From contig RDEW01000018.1 of the NCBI GenBank assembly GCA_011109175.1, positions 741,304-805,303 on the forward strand: a stretch of DNA of 64,000 nucleotides. Direction: 5' to 3'. The DNA comes from Dicyema japonicum (lineage: Eukaryota > Animalia > Dicyemida). Every line of letters begins with the position of its first letter. The stretch's first letter is position 1. Made by a program: the position numbers and the translations under genes. Under the pieces are notes generated by a model. It was not told the origin of the DNA, did not search any database, and worked only from the letters and a program-made list of their open reading frames with translations. Shown here one piece after another: positions 49,620-63,093 of this stretch.

Positions 49620-50530
49620 GGTTATTTATTTATCCCAAGACCACGGTAAAACCAAACTAATTATCACGTGATCCCGATGCATTCTAACAGCGACCACATC
49701 TTTGCCCGGTGTTCTTCTCTCGTGCCCGCGCATGAACGTACAGTCTGTCTGAATTTTCAGGGCCACCTTCCCGTGATCTGGAGTCTAGTCTCATAAGAGC
49801 CTCCAAATGTGTAGGTCCGGTTCGGTGATCTTCACAAATCCAACGCTCCGTTACTCTGTAAGGCAGAGATTGTCATACGGTGTGCCTCGAGATGGTAGCT
49901 TCTTGTTTGTAGAGAACTGACCAATCAATTTTTGATGAAAGCGACGATGAGCAGAGTGTTACGTCCGGTGAGGTAGGTTTATCTGTCTCTCTCAGTGGTG
50001 TCCTTGTATTTATCTATGGATCATTCAATATCGTCAGGGAGTCCGTTTGCGACAATAATAGTTTCCCTCTCATGTCAGCTAGTTGAGTTCACAGCCACAA
50101 GGGATGCTTCTCATTCAAATCCCCGCAGATGATGATCTCGTCGAAGGAAGACAGTCTTGATAAGTTTGGCATAACATAGCTGTTCGGGCAGGAACCAGGA
50201 GGCGGAACGTAGATATTCACAAGGCATAGTCTTCCTTTCGTTGTCCCGAGCGAGATTCCAATTATTTCTGAACATCATCATCCCCAACAAGTTTCCTCAC
50301 TTCTGAGGAGATGTCTCTGAATTTCAAGTTCTTTTTGAATAGAGTGAGCAGATTTCCACTTTTTTTTCTTTACAGTCCATCCTGATAGCTTTGTATCCTG
50401 GGAATGAGGGGTAGGGTCATTAAAAAAGAGATTGGTCTTTAAGTCATCGGCACGTTGATCTTCTGACAAGCCAGGAGTGAGCGAAGTTCCTTGATTGTTT
50501 CTTTAATTCCATTTATGTTTAGCTGAGAGA
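49620..50530 (-). mobile_element. Internally deleted LINE (APE fused directly to the 3' end)
   Basis: QLNINGI, QDTKL, NIYVPP and IICGDLNEKHPLW, followed by a 3' end matching about 21087-21325. Confidence 0.7.
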
Positions 50531-51289
50531 ATGTCCCCAGGAGGATGGGGTCTATCGATCCTTTTTTGGCGGGTATTAGGTGCCCCCTTGGCTTTTCCAA
50601 ATCCTTTTGAATTGGTAGACCACATAACGCTAAGAAAATAATTGATGTGATAAGTTTTTCCATATATTTAGTAATTTGTGGAAATTAATAGAGTAGTTGT
50701 ATAGATCTGATAACATGATCATCGTCCGAGGCACAGTGTTTGAAGTGAATAACAGACTGGTCAGTGTCACAGGTGGGACGTAGTAATTTAATAGACTTGT
50801 CCACATCATGGGGAGTAAAGAAAATAGTATATGGTAATATAGGTAGTGAAAAAGTAGTATTAGGTGTTGTAGGATTATAACAGTTTAACAAAGGAAATAT
50901 CTATAAATTATATTTTCATACTGAGTACGCGTCTACATGAACGTTCTTAATCAAAAATATGACTATGAAGGTTTTTATGCTAATTTTTTTAATTGAAGTA
51001 TCACTTTTTAATTTGTCCAACTCTTAAATTAAGACTCCCTCGTTGGTTGCCATACTTAGAGATTAGATACGTGATAATGGTATCAAAGTTAATTTGTTTT
51101 GACAACCAAGGTTATCATCCTAGACTCAAATTTCATCAGCATACCAATATATCTCATTCCCATTAAGTAAGGTTGGAATAAATTCCTTGGATTTATACCT
51201 GTTTTGCATATTCGTTTTGATATTTCCTTTAATCTTTCGATAACTGATTTTTTATCTTATTCAAGACAAGTGGCTTTGACGCTTCTAAT

Positions 51290-54200
51290 ATATTATTATT
51301 ATTAATAGCACTTTCGAAGAACCAAAAATGTAATTTATTTAATTAAGGTTCCGCTTGTGCCGTATTTTTCTTCAGGTTATTTTTTTCCACTATTCTCTTG
51401 ACCAACTTCCTCCATGCTCCGCGGTTACAGGCAGTTATTCGAGCGTATCCAGATCATCTCCAGTTTTCAGCTTTCGTCCTACATTGGTCAGGTCCTTGTG
51501 TAGAACCTCTGGCAAATTATGCGAGGTCTTCCACAAAACGAGGTATTCACTTCTGGGCAGAATATCCATTGCTATTTTAGCAGGCGTCATCTGGCTCATT
51601 CGAAGGATGTGACCAAACAGACGCCATCTTGATTCCAGGATATCTAGACTCAATGGTCTTGTATTACATACTTTTATATATCTTGTTTGTAATTTTTTTG
51701 GCCAGTTGATGCAAGCAACAGTCGGAGTTGTTTACGATGGAAGGCATCTAGTTTGTCCATTACCGCTTCTGAGACACCCCAGGTTGCAGCGTTGTACATT
51801 ATGACTGGTTTCACGAAGGCATTGTATAGTCTTACACGTAATTGTGTGCTAATTTGTTTACGATGATTCCAGACTACTCCCATTTTTCTAAAGGCCGCAA
51901 CGGCCAACATCTTCCTGTTAGTGATATCCTCAGCGTCTCCGAGCAACGACCCCAATTTTTTACAGTATATCCATTTTTCATCAGTTCGGGTTAATTCACG
52001 GCGTATGGTAGTTGTCTCCGTCTTTTCCGTATTAATTTTTTAATTTAATTTATTAAATAAATCAATCCCTCCTTTAGCTAAGGCCAGGTTAATTTTATTT
52101 CTTTTGCGTATTGATTTTGATGAACCATTTTTCTAGGACATCTGGCATCCTTGCCCGTATATAGTTTAATGTTTTCTCGTCGCTGGATATATGGTCGATA
52201 TCATCTGCATAAATCACTTCAGTTTGAGGTAAATCGCCAATTAGTAGTCTGAAGTCTCTGAGTGCCGCCTCCAGATATGTCACAAAAAGTACCGGTGACA
52301 AGGAATCTCTTTGCGGTACCCCGAACATTGTCTTGAATGGGACAGACTCCAAATTTTCAAAACGTACACTTAGCTGCGTTGTTCCAAGTAATAGACGGAT
52401 CATTCTGACACTGTCCTTGTCAACCAACTTTTCCAAGATATCCAAAAGTCTCCCTCTGTGTATAGAGTCAAAGGCTTTGGACATGTCCATGCCAAGGATG
52501 CCAATAACCCCCTTGTACTTTTGATGTGTTGCACAAAGCCATCGATGTCCCCAGACCACATCAGCTGTAGATCTCCCTAACCTGAATCCTCTTTGACCGT
52601 GAGAGAGAAAGTTCTCGATGTCAGTCCAATCCTATTCAACACTATAAGTGATAGTGTCTTGCGTAGAGTCGTCAATAGTACGATGGGTTTTAAATTCGTT
52701 AAGAGGCCCTTAGCTTTGCCCGGTTTTTGTAGTGCAATTAGTGTGCCATTACCCACATCCAGGGGAGAGTTGTATTTGAATGTTCTGTTGTATATCTCAG
52801 TTAAGAGCTCAGAGATCTCGGTCGGTGCATATTTGAGAGGTTCTCCAGTTATGTTATCAGGGCCAGCAGCTCTATTGTTGTTCAATTTGTCTAGGGCTTT
52901 TTTTGTTTCCAGAATCGTTATCGGAATATTTAGTTCTCGTGCTTCACCATCGAATTGTTTGATTTTTCCCCGTGGTTTTGATTGAAGGCCTGCTGATAAT
53001 GGCTGGATATGGCCGATAGAATTTCATTTTTGTTTAACATAGTCTTTCCAAACTGATCATTTATTGTGATTTTTGATGACTGCGTGTCTCTATGTAGTAG
53101 GTGAATAGCCTTGAACATCTACGCTCCGTTTTTGAGTCTTTCTACTTCTTTAGCCATTCCAGCAAGTTTATTTTCCTTTATTTCCCTCGTTCTTTTCTTT
53201 ATTTTATACAGGGTTTGGTTCCGCATGACTCTTAGAATGTGTTCCTTTGCCTGGTCCTGACAGGTTTCGACATGTAAACGTAGGTTCCTCTGCAATTTGG
53301 ATAGTTCTTCAAGCTCGTGGTCATAGTGCCCGTTGAAATGCTTCGATTTTACTCCAACTGTTGAATGGGCCGCGCACTTTATTGCATCGATGGTGTCTTG
53401 CCACATCTCCCCAGGCATTTTTTCTTTATTCAACTGTCTGATCTTTTCTCTCAATGTATTTTGATAGCTTTCCCGAGTCGGTCCCACCATGCAGAGTTGC
53501 TCTACTGCGAACCTCCCCTCAGATATCCTCATGCCAGCCGCTTTGGAAACCCCAAAATATCGTTTGAAAAGGAAACGTGCCACAACCAATCTGTGATCAC
53601 TATCTACTAGTGTCCCACTGTAGCTCCAAGAATCTGTTAGCAGTGCCTTGTAGGCTTGTTTGCAGATAATGTAATCTATTTGGTTATATATAGGCTTGAT
53701 AGTCCCAGATTTGTCCTTTCGGTAGCAGCTCCATGTCGTATTATGTCTTGCTGAGTGCCTGAAAGCAGTATTGCATAGAAATAGTTTGAATGTATTGCAA
53801 AATTCGATAAGCGATTCTCCTGAATGGTTCCTGATCCCCTTCCATGGCTTCCCTTGAATTCTTCGTGACTACTCCCACGTCCTGTCTTTGCGTTCCAATC
53901 TCCGGCGATGGATGTCATGAACGATGTTTCCAAAGATGCATATAGTTGCGACAGGGAGGAATAGAAGTCGTCTAGTTCGTCTCCATTGATTGATACTCTC
54001 ACCGAAGTTGGTGCATATACATTAATAATGGAGATTATGGAATTGTTCCTTTCACCGTATTTTAATTGTAAAACACATATTCTATCGCTCACCATCCACG
54101 TCTTGTGGATTCGATTGTTCAGTTCTTTTTGTATTGCAAATCCCATGTCGTAGTGTGGGCAATTCGAAGGGTGCAGAATCAGGCGGAAACATTGTTGATT

Positions 54201-54364
54201 TCATCTAGTCCGCCTTTTACTTTCGTTTCCTGTAAGCACGCCACGGTTACCTTGTACGATCCAAGATCCACGCATAAATTTCTTCTTTTACTATCCGACT
54301 TTAATCCTCTTACATTGAACGAGCTAATAGTGAAAGATTCCGAAGAAAAGCACGAAAAAGACAT
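51290..54364 (-). mobile_element. Near full-length RTE-like LINE (APE + RT), frameshifted
   Basis: SFNVRGL, CLQETK, INVYAPT, GDWNAK, SDH, AAGPDNI, DMSKAFDS, YADDI and LFGHILR; (TAA)n tail at about 51291-51307. Confidence 0.93.
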
Positions 54365-54884
54365 GTGTGCAATAGAGCCACGTCACCAGATCAACCAAAT
54401 AATAATATATACTCCTCGTATTACCCTAGCACTCTTAATCACTATACAGGTTCATTGGCAGCAGATTTGGTATAATTAACATGCAAGTCAATATAGTAAA
54501 GCACTTGAATTTCTACATTAAAATATTCCTATATGAGTTTGATTTATTGATTGCTGATTACGTTAATAAATTAGTGGTTATACTTTATATTACTATGGAT
54601 TAGTGATACGTCATTAAACCAATGTTCTATTATTGAATTTATATAATCAATACTGTAAGACACATTTGTATATCCTCCTATGGTGGATACAGGGAACGTT
54701 GGAGAAATACAGAAAATAATTGCATATGTGATAATGAATACAGGGATTACATAATTATATTTTTGTGTTCTTGGAATTAAATTAATAATCTAAGATTTTT
54801 AAAAACATAATTTTTGATATCAGATTGGATACTAAATTTAAAATAATGTTGTTATAATCGTTGTTTATATGACAGTCTAGCATT

Positions 54885-54945
54885 TGGATACACTTAATGG
54901 TTGCTTACTTTAACTTCTTTCTCGGTGTATCCGGGGTTAATAAAT
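54885..54945 (+). repeat. Isolated LINE 3' hairpin tail; inverted copy at about 62664-62730
   Basis: GGATACAC...GTGTATCCGGGGTTAATAAAT, near-identical in both places. Confidence 0.75.
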
Positions 54946-55352
54946 TAAAAGTCTAGCATTTGAGGTTAATACTCAAAAACATGTTTATTTAATGTTCACT
55001 TTGTCCTTAAAGATTACAATAGACAAAACTGAGGAATTAGCACTAATATGACAATTTCTAAGAGTTAACTGTAATACCTTTGACTAATAATAATGTATTA
55101 ATGTTTTTACTACTAACCTCCGTGGGGAGGGCCGCAGTGATTTACCAATGATGAAAGCGTCAAGCCTGGAGAATCGTAGATGTAGATTCGAATCGGAAGC
55201 ATCTGAGTTCTGACCAGCATTTATAACACTGCGTCACCATTGACCTGTTTGCCCATTAGTCTTGCTGACTTAACTATGAGCTAGAATACTTCCCCTTATG
55301 AATTTCCTTTAAAAAATAAAAATTGTATAAATAATAAAAATAATATATTTGA

Positions 55353-56258
55353 ATGATAGCATCAGGATTAGTGGCTACTACAGTAGCAGTAGGAATAAAC
55401 CTACAAAGATCAGTGCCTCCATGCATTATATCAGTGGCAACCACAAAATCAAAGTTATCTGCTTATAACAAACTATCTAATAAAACAAAATTCAATGATA
55501 GTAATCCTTATTCACTACTAACACATAGAACTACTTTAATGAATACTATTAGTATTATTATTCATTATTATTAGACTCAATGCAAAGTAGATATGCACAC
55601 ACTGACATTAATGTCCCTGACTTTGATTTCTATCGCAGAGATAGTCTCAAGGATCCCTCAAAACCTTCTGAGGTCACTGATGGAGACAGGAAACTGTTCA
55701 CGTATGCACTTTTGACTGGTTTGCTGTATATTGGAGATTTAGCTGCCTCTGCTCCTCTCGTTTATGGGGCTCAGTCTGTTTTTGAGAAAACGATAGACTT
55801 TTTACAACTCCCAGGAGATGTTGTGGCTGCTGGGAAGATTGAAGTGAAGGTTAGAGTGTAGGATTATTTAAGATTGGGGATATTCCTGTTGGGAAGAATT
55901 TGGTGGTGAAATGGCGAGGAAAACCAATATTTATTAGACGAAGGACAGATGATGAGATAACACGTGAGCAGGGATATGCAGTGAGTGAGCTTAGACATCA
56001 ACAACATGATAGTGAGCGTGTTCAGAAATCCGAGTGGTTGGTTGTGATAGGAATATGCACTCATTTGGGTATTAAAGTAATAGTACGTGATTAGGATGTG
56101 TGCCCATAGCCAATGCTGGTGATTATGGTGGGTATTACTGTCCCTGTCACGGATCACATTATGATTGTTCTGGGAGGATTAGGAAAGGACCTGCTCCATT
56201 GAATTTAGAAGTCCCTGAATATTTCTTTAAGAGTGATGATACTATTGTCATTGGATAA
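55353..56258 (+). CDS. UQCRFS1: Cytochrome bc1 Rieske iron-sulfur subunit, 6 exons
   Basis: [33 protein letters not shown]|CVP and [27 protein letters not shown]. Confidence 0.96.
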
Positions 56259-56734
56259 TACTAATAAACATTACTAATTCATTGTTTTACTATTTGGGCT
56301 ATTCGACATCTCCCCCATTTGATTAATAGGTGGTTTAATTTGTTACGGGTAGTTTATAGTTTACTCATGGGAGTGTCCACTAGTTACTTTAATCGACAAG
56401 GGGGTTAATAATTATAATAATTATTCTCCACACATTACATAGGTTATATTTATATGAGGGATACAATATAAATTATAATGTATACATATCATGCACCCTC
56501 TAATTTTGAATCAAAATATAAATAAACGTTCTTAGTTTTATGTAGAAGGGGCCACACAATCTCTGACTCTTATACCTTGGCAATCACAGTGTGGCGGAAG
56601 GAGTCCTTTTAGAGACTTATCTAACACGGATGAATGCCAACGCCGTTGAATCAGGTTGTGTCTAAGAGGGTTATCTGAGTTAGGATTCCAAGGTAACATC
56701 TTCCTCCTGTCTTTCAAAACTAGTCATCAGGGCT

Positions 56735-57100
56735 ATGTTATGTTGTTTAATTAAGTCGTGTCCGACCCTTGGAGATCTCATGAACGAATTTCCTCCACTC
56801 TCCCCGATCCGTTGCAATTTGGAGTAGCCTTGATATAGGCATTCCCGTGATGTCTTCACCGTGGATAGCCACCGAGTCCTCGGTCGGCCAGGTCTTCTCT
56901 TCCCAGTAATATTGTTCAGCATAATGGTTCCTTTCCAGTGAATCAGAGCGGACAACATGCCCAAAGAACGCCAATCTGTGTTTTACGATTCTTTCTTTTA
57001 GCGAAATGTCAGTCTCTACCCGTTTGAGTACATCGATGTTTGTTATTTTGGAAGTCCAAGGGATTCTTAGTAACCTCCTCCAGCACCACAGCTCAAAAGC
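56735..57100 (-). mobile_element. RTE/BovB-type LINE 3' fragment
   Basis: AFELWCWRRLLRIPWT, FFGHVVR, GKRRPGRPRTRW; flanked by an imperfect direct repeat TCAAAA..AGTCATCAGGG (probable TSD). Confidence 0.85.
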
Positions 57101-57339
57101 AGTCATCAGGGTAGTCAATGACAATACCCAAGATGCACGGATATGTGCTTTGCACCTTTTGTTCTCGGATCACATCCAAACTGAAAGAATGGAATCTCAA
57201 ATCATAAGAAATGTCTTTAAATAAAAAATGTTAACCTGCCGACTGCACTGAGAAGTCTTTCAATTGCTGATCATTCGCCCTCATCATCCAGAATCAAAAA
57301 AGACAAGTGGAATGTACGCACATAAGTGAATAAGAAGAT

Positions 57340-57700
57340 CACGGTCTGGGACATTCGAGGCCCAAACTGGAAGACTCTAAGCCCCAAACTGATCCTTACT
57401 CAACTTGGGGTTAGAATTCCACATGGATGGCAGTCTGCTTGACACAGTCTGTTTGCGAAGCAGTAATCCACTCAATTCGGAACTTGGTTGGCAGTCCGCT
57501 TGACACTATGAATAAAATAATAGTCAAACTGGACTTACACAATGCTTTCAATAACATTCGCAGATATAAAATCATGGAAACATCTAAAAAATTCCTGAAA
57601 TTACCAGGATAATGAAACGCTAATCTTCGGACAACACATTATCGAATCCAAGAATGGAGTCCAACAAGGAGACTTCATTGGCCCCCTACTCTTTGCTTGC
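57340..57700 (+). mobile_element. CRE-like RT fragment
   Basis: QLGV, EAVIHSIR, KLDLHNAFN and GVQQGDFIGPLLF. Confidence 0.7.
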
Positions 57701-58002
57701 GGAGAGTTATGTTTATGAACAAATCAACATATTGACAGGTTTGCTGTATATCCTAACTATTTTTTCATTGCTTCAATAATACTCGCTTTGTACTTTCTTA
57801 TTGAGAATGAGCAAAATATTATTGCTAATTCTCAACATTAGATATGAGTTCCCTCTATTAGATACGAGTACCTCTACAACATTAGAAACGAGTTTTTCTA
57901 TACAAAAGTTAATCTAACTACATTAATGTAACACAATTACAAATGTATAATCCCATCTCTACCATAAATCAATAAGTATCAAGTAATTTGAGTAAACATT
58001 AA

Positions 58003-58760
58003 CTATTTCATAAGTAAGGAGAAATCATAAAAGTTTATGATCATTTTGTAAAGATTGTAGAAATCCAATTTCATTTTCTTAGTTAAATTTCCAAAATATT
58101 TTTCAGCATTAGAATTTGATTTTATGATTTTCCCAATCACCGAAATTTTGTATTCCTTTTGTAATTTGTCAATAAATAGGTTATAGTCCTTTAGATGAAT
58201 GTACTCATATTCAACAAACTGCACAAGACATAGTTCCGTCATTGGTTTACAATGCTCGTTAAATTCTGAGGTATATTTTTTTCCGATCAATTAAATAAGA
58301 AATTGTTCGAAGGTAATATAATTATTCGGATTCCCAGTTATACCCTTTCAATATATTGGTTTTTTAGAAATTTATCTGGCATGCTGAACTAATCTCTTTG
58401 TTGGATGCCTTATAATATATTTGCGGATTTTGCTGTCAGAATAAATATATTTAAATTTTGAAAAACTAATGTGCAGGTTGTTTGAATGAACTTGTTCTGG
58501 TAATTCTATTTGGCTGATGGATTACTCTTTTCCAAATTTCTAATAAAAAACCATCTCATCATTGTTGTGGATCCAACTTTGGGAATTTTACAATATAAAA
58601 ATTCATTGGGAACGAGAAAAAATCTTGGATCTATCTCTGAGATTTCAATATTTTTTCAAATTCTTTATCTCCTTGATTTTTATTTCAAGCATATTTTGAA
58701 TAATAATAATCACCAAAATGATAAATAATTTGGCAACATTAATGATACAAATTTTATATT
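58003..58760 (-). pseudogene. Carbohydrate sulfotransferase (HNK-1ST/CHST8-14 family), frameshifted
   Basis: Minus strand: hydrophobic anchor, FLYCKIPKVGSTT (5'-PSB motif), RHPTKRLV-SA (3'-PB motif), NEHCKPMTELC and a C-terminal LYKM...DF. Several indels and no clear introns to explain them. Confidence 0.72.
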
Positions 58761-61700
58761 ATATTTTACTTTTAGGTTCTCCACTCTAAAAACTAAAGTG
58801 AATAAGAACTATATAATATCATTGCATTATCCTCCACTTTTTGAAGCATACAACCAACTCATACTCATCGTTTATCTTATCATCTCTTCCCTTCCAGTAA
58901 CCAATGGGATATCCTCACGATTAACACATGTTAGTTCTACAAATTGGTTTGAGACAGAGATGAAAACTTTATCAGAGACATTAATCCTTTAGTTGTGCTA
59001 AACGACTATATTTTCAAGAATTCACTTAACTGATTTAATGTTGCTTATTCAATGATAAACTATAATTATTAAAACATTTTAATTGTTTTTCTCTTAAAAA
59101 TATGTAGTACAAGTGTTTTTATATAGAATAATAATCCAATGGAAAAAGTTCTGAACTGAACAGACTATATTAGAAAAAATAAGACTAAAGAAGAGTTATT
59201 TTGTTTTTTAGCTGTCCTCCATTTAGAGACTTCTATCTTATTTTTTGGCAGTGTTTGTCCACTTAAGTGTTCATTTCTAAATTTTTAAATAATCGAAATT
59301 TGAAAATTTCTGATAACTTGCAGAATTAGGACAATCATTATAGTTTATATAATTCTGAATTTATTAAATAAAAAACTTTAATATTATTATTCTAGTTCAC
59401 ATCTACCATCTATATTATTAATTAGTAAGTTTAGTCCACCATCGATTTTAGACATAAGGCAATTTCGGCACAAATAAAAGTGAGATCCTCGTGGTATCAA
59501 AACAAGGTTAGGATATCCAAAACAAGATAAGTGGGTGGATATTTAAGTTTAAAAAGTCTAAATTTGTTTTAAACTAAACATCATTTTATACTTTAGTAAA
59601 AACCAATTTTAATATAGGGCGATTGAATGGCCAGCTTATTATGATAATAGATACCGGGTTACGTTCTCGAAGCCACCCTGTTTCATGCGGATCCTTGGTG
59701 ACCTTTGGATCATTGAGAAGATCTGACGAACTAGGTCATCTTGTAGGCCAAGGATTCCTGACACCTCACAAAGGGACAAACAAATGATCCTCCGAAATAC
59801 CTCAGTACTTCTTTCTATTATGATCCTCGCTTGTTTAAAAGCATGACTTGGGTCCGACGCTAAAGCGGTTAATTTTTATGAGAGTGCTCATCAACACACA
59901 AATTAAGTTTCGACCATTAGGGAATGGGAAGGTCTTCATCACATCGGAACGCTGTCCATCGCTCTCGGAGAAACCAGTAAGCTCTCAAAGGAGGTCAGCA
60001 GAGGTAAGTGCATTTTTAATTCACGTTGATATAGGCAAGCCGTGGGAAATGGTCTGCATTCAACTTTCATGACATGGGATGATAACCATAGGGATCAATC
60101 CAACATCTACAACGTCATTTTAAATCATCACACAGTTTAAGACTAAGGCGATTAGTCTCTGTCTCATCATCCAGTGGGTTCCTATTTCAGACATTGGCCA
60201 TTTTAAGGCAGAAATCATTCAACTAAGCACCCATTGAATGAGTCAATTTGAGGCAGAAAAGACTTTTGCATCCCCAGTGCTCGCAAAGAATTTTTTATTA
60301 TCAAAAACACATCTTAAATGCGTTAAATACGCTTGCTGATGAGTGCAGTCATCCGGATGATTGATATAAGTCCTTCCATACGTCCACAGCTCTTGATAAT
60401 GACAGAGATACTTTTATTTTCGAATTAGAGAAAAAAAAGGGAACTAATTGAATAAAATAGGAGTTTATGACAGAAATCGGAAATATTTCCAACAAGAAAC
60501 TCCAATGAGCAACATGTTTACAAGATTCAGAATTCTCCCAGATATAAGTATAGCAAACTGACCAACAGATTGTCAATTTCTTTTAATGAGCGAAGCCTTT
60601 CAGACCCAGATGGGCTAGCCGATAAATGAGGTTAGCGCAGTCTTCAAAGATACAAATAAATCTGGGCTAATGCCTCAATATTCCATATAGGTAGACAAGC
60701 GTGCTTTCATTCGACACAGACGGCAAAGGAAGAGTAGGCTTCCATAGAAAAATAAAAAAACATAATCCAATCTATCTAAACCATTAAGATTTTCTATTTC
60801 GATACAGGAAGCAAAGAAGCAAAATCATTACTCCGTAGGCAAAATAGACATGTAGAATAAGATTAGATTGTTCCACTGAGTAAGGTCATTCTAATGATTC
60901 TTCGTTAGAGTAACCACCAAACAAAAAGAACACATTTTTCAAATAAGATTTTCAAATTTGAATCAATGGACCACGTGTGCAGTATCTAACTAATTCAATA
61001 GGGATGGAAGACGTTTATGCAGTTCCCCAATCCTAAGAAAAGTTCTCATACGATAATTTGGAAAACAAAAATGTATAAACAAAATCATAATGTACTACCA
61101 TATGTGGAAGTTTAAGAGTCCCACCTTTTATCCATTTAACCCAAAAGTGACACCACCATAACCAAAAGTTCTGTCATCAAGAAAATGGGAATAAGCGATT
61201 CAAGGACAAAAGTAACCTATTTTAGGGACCCGGATATGATCTAAATCAAAGTATTCAAAAATAATCCCTAATGTTATCGCCAAATTAACAATACATCAAA
61301 GGAAACACATCATAATCCCATAGACCCATTTATTGACAAATTTACCGATGTTAACCACCATTCATTAATTGAAATATTGAAGTATTAATTGGAACACTAA
61401 AAAAGTAATCACAAAGAGATTGCATGATTCATAAAGATGAGGTCGTTTTAGCTTAAATTTCAGGTTATTTAATAACTCGATGACTCCTACGTTATAAAAA
61501 GTTATATCAATGGGGATGCTTCGCAAGACTGTACAAGGCGATACAGGTAACCAACCTGTGACTCTTAAAATCCTAAAATACTATGAATTTAATCAGGACT
61601 ACAAAGTTACCTATTATTCTGACTTTCAGGAGAATGTTCTCTCAACCTTAAAGGACAATGGAGGGAGAAGCACTCATTTATAAAATTATTGATTTTTTCC

Positions 61701-62135
61701 ATCATCAAATAGTACCCCTTCTTTGTTACTGACCTTCTAACAATAAACTTACAGCAATTCATGGAAAATGGAAAAACATCCAATTCATGCTGCTATTTAT
61801 TATTTATTAACAAATGGAGGGTACTTTTTTCAGAACATAGCTTACAGGTTTTTTGGATGAGTTACTTTAGAGACCCATGGGTGATGTTGAGCACCATTGT
61901 TAATGAAAAATTGACATGTGGTCTCTTGGGTGCATAATGGCCAAACTCATATCTCTTCTATTTCCAGGAGGGAACGAATACCAACAGGTTTGTGCTCTTC
62001 CAATTCTCAGTTCTGTTGAATCATAAAATTCAAAGGGATGCCTCCAGATACCATGATTTTTGCAGGATCTAAGTCAAAATTGTTTTTTACTCTTTGAAAA
62101 ATTGATAAAACCTGGGAATTGTAGTTAAAATGTGT

Positions 62136-62660
62136 CTATAGCCCACTAGTTGAAAGAGTGGTATTATTGGAGAACATTAAAAGCCGGAATTGTGGAACCT
62201 GCATGGTGGAGGTTGTCATGCCGGTAATTTGATCCCTTATAATAGTGGGAATCCTGATTATTGAGAATAATTTAATAGATAGGATGTACTCTCCGCGGTT
62301 GTCGCCTGATTGTGTCCGGAGCCAGAGCGGATGTTTGGCATCAAAGTCTCCGAATAGTAGCAGATTCTTTAGTTTACACAATCTCAATAAGTTGGGGATA
62401 TAGAAGTAGTACATGACCCATGAGGCGGGATATAGACATTACACAGTGTATTACATCTCGTCGGAGAAAAGGAAACTAGAAATCTGTTCTAGAATAAAAT
62501 CCCCTTCGCAGAGAGAAGATACAAAAGGGGTGACATCCGTAAATTTAAGTCCATCATTAACGATAGTCAATAATCCTCCTCCAAGACTTCTTGTTTGGTC
62601 ATTGCGAAGTACACAATATCCAGGAAAACAAGGTGTCAGGGACTTTCTAGAGAGCTTCGA
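62136..62660 (-). mobile_element. LINE APE endonuclease fragment
   Basis: GGGLLTIV, FYIP and LLFGDFDAKHPLW...NRGE. Confidence 0.7.
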
Positions 62661-63093
62661 TTCTTATTATTTATTAACCCCGGATACACCGAGAAAGAAG
62701 TTAAAGTAAACAACTAATTAAGTGTATCCAGTTTCCACTTCTACAGAAACAGAGTACATCCGGAATCAGCATAAAAGGTAAAATACGTCCATAGTTGCAG
62801 TTGTGGAAACCCCTCCAGTGGAGTGGGGTAGAGCAAATGATCATTTTTTTTTCGTGTCGGCCTGGCACTGGGCCAAAACTGAAACTTCAACCAATTAGCC
62901 ACGAAGCACCACATGGCGCTACCAGGCTATTTTAGCTTCGATTCTTGAATAAAAGGCAATTTCCATTACACTGCTTAGAGACAACTACAAACATTAAAGA
63001 AATAATTATTTATATATAGTATTAATAAATATTTTAATTATTTAAATTATAATAAAATAAATAAACACGTTTTTTTAGTCTTATCTATTGTGT

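Noticed and set aside
55180-55200. GATTCGAATC resembling a tRNA T-arm
   Set aside because: No cloverleaf can be built around it.
57836-57895. Short tandem ATTAGATA(T/C)GAGT repeats
   Set aside because: Three imperfect local duplications with no spacer structure; ordinary slippage.
59600-62100. Long stretch with scattered short ORFs
   Set aside because: Probably very old LINE debris; no motif was clear enough to call.
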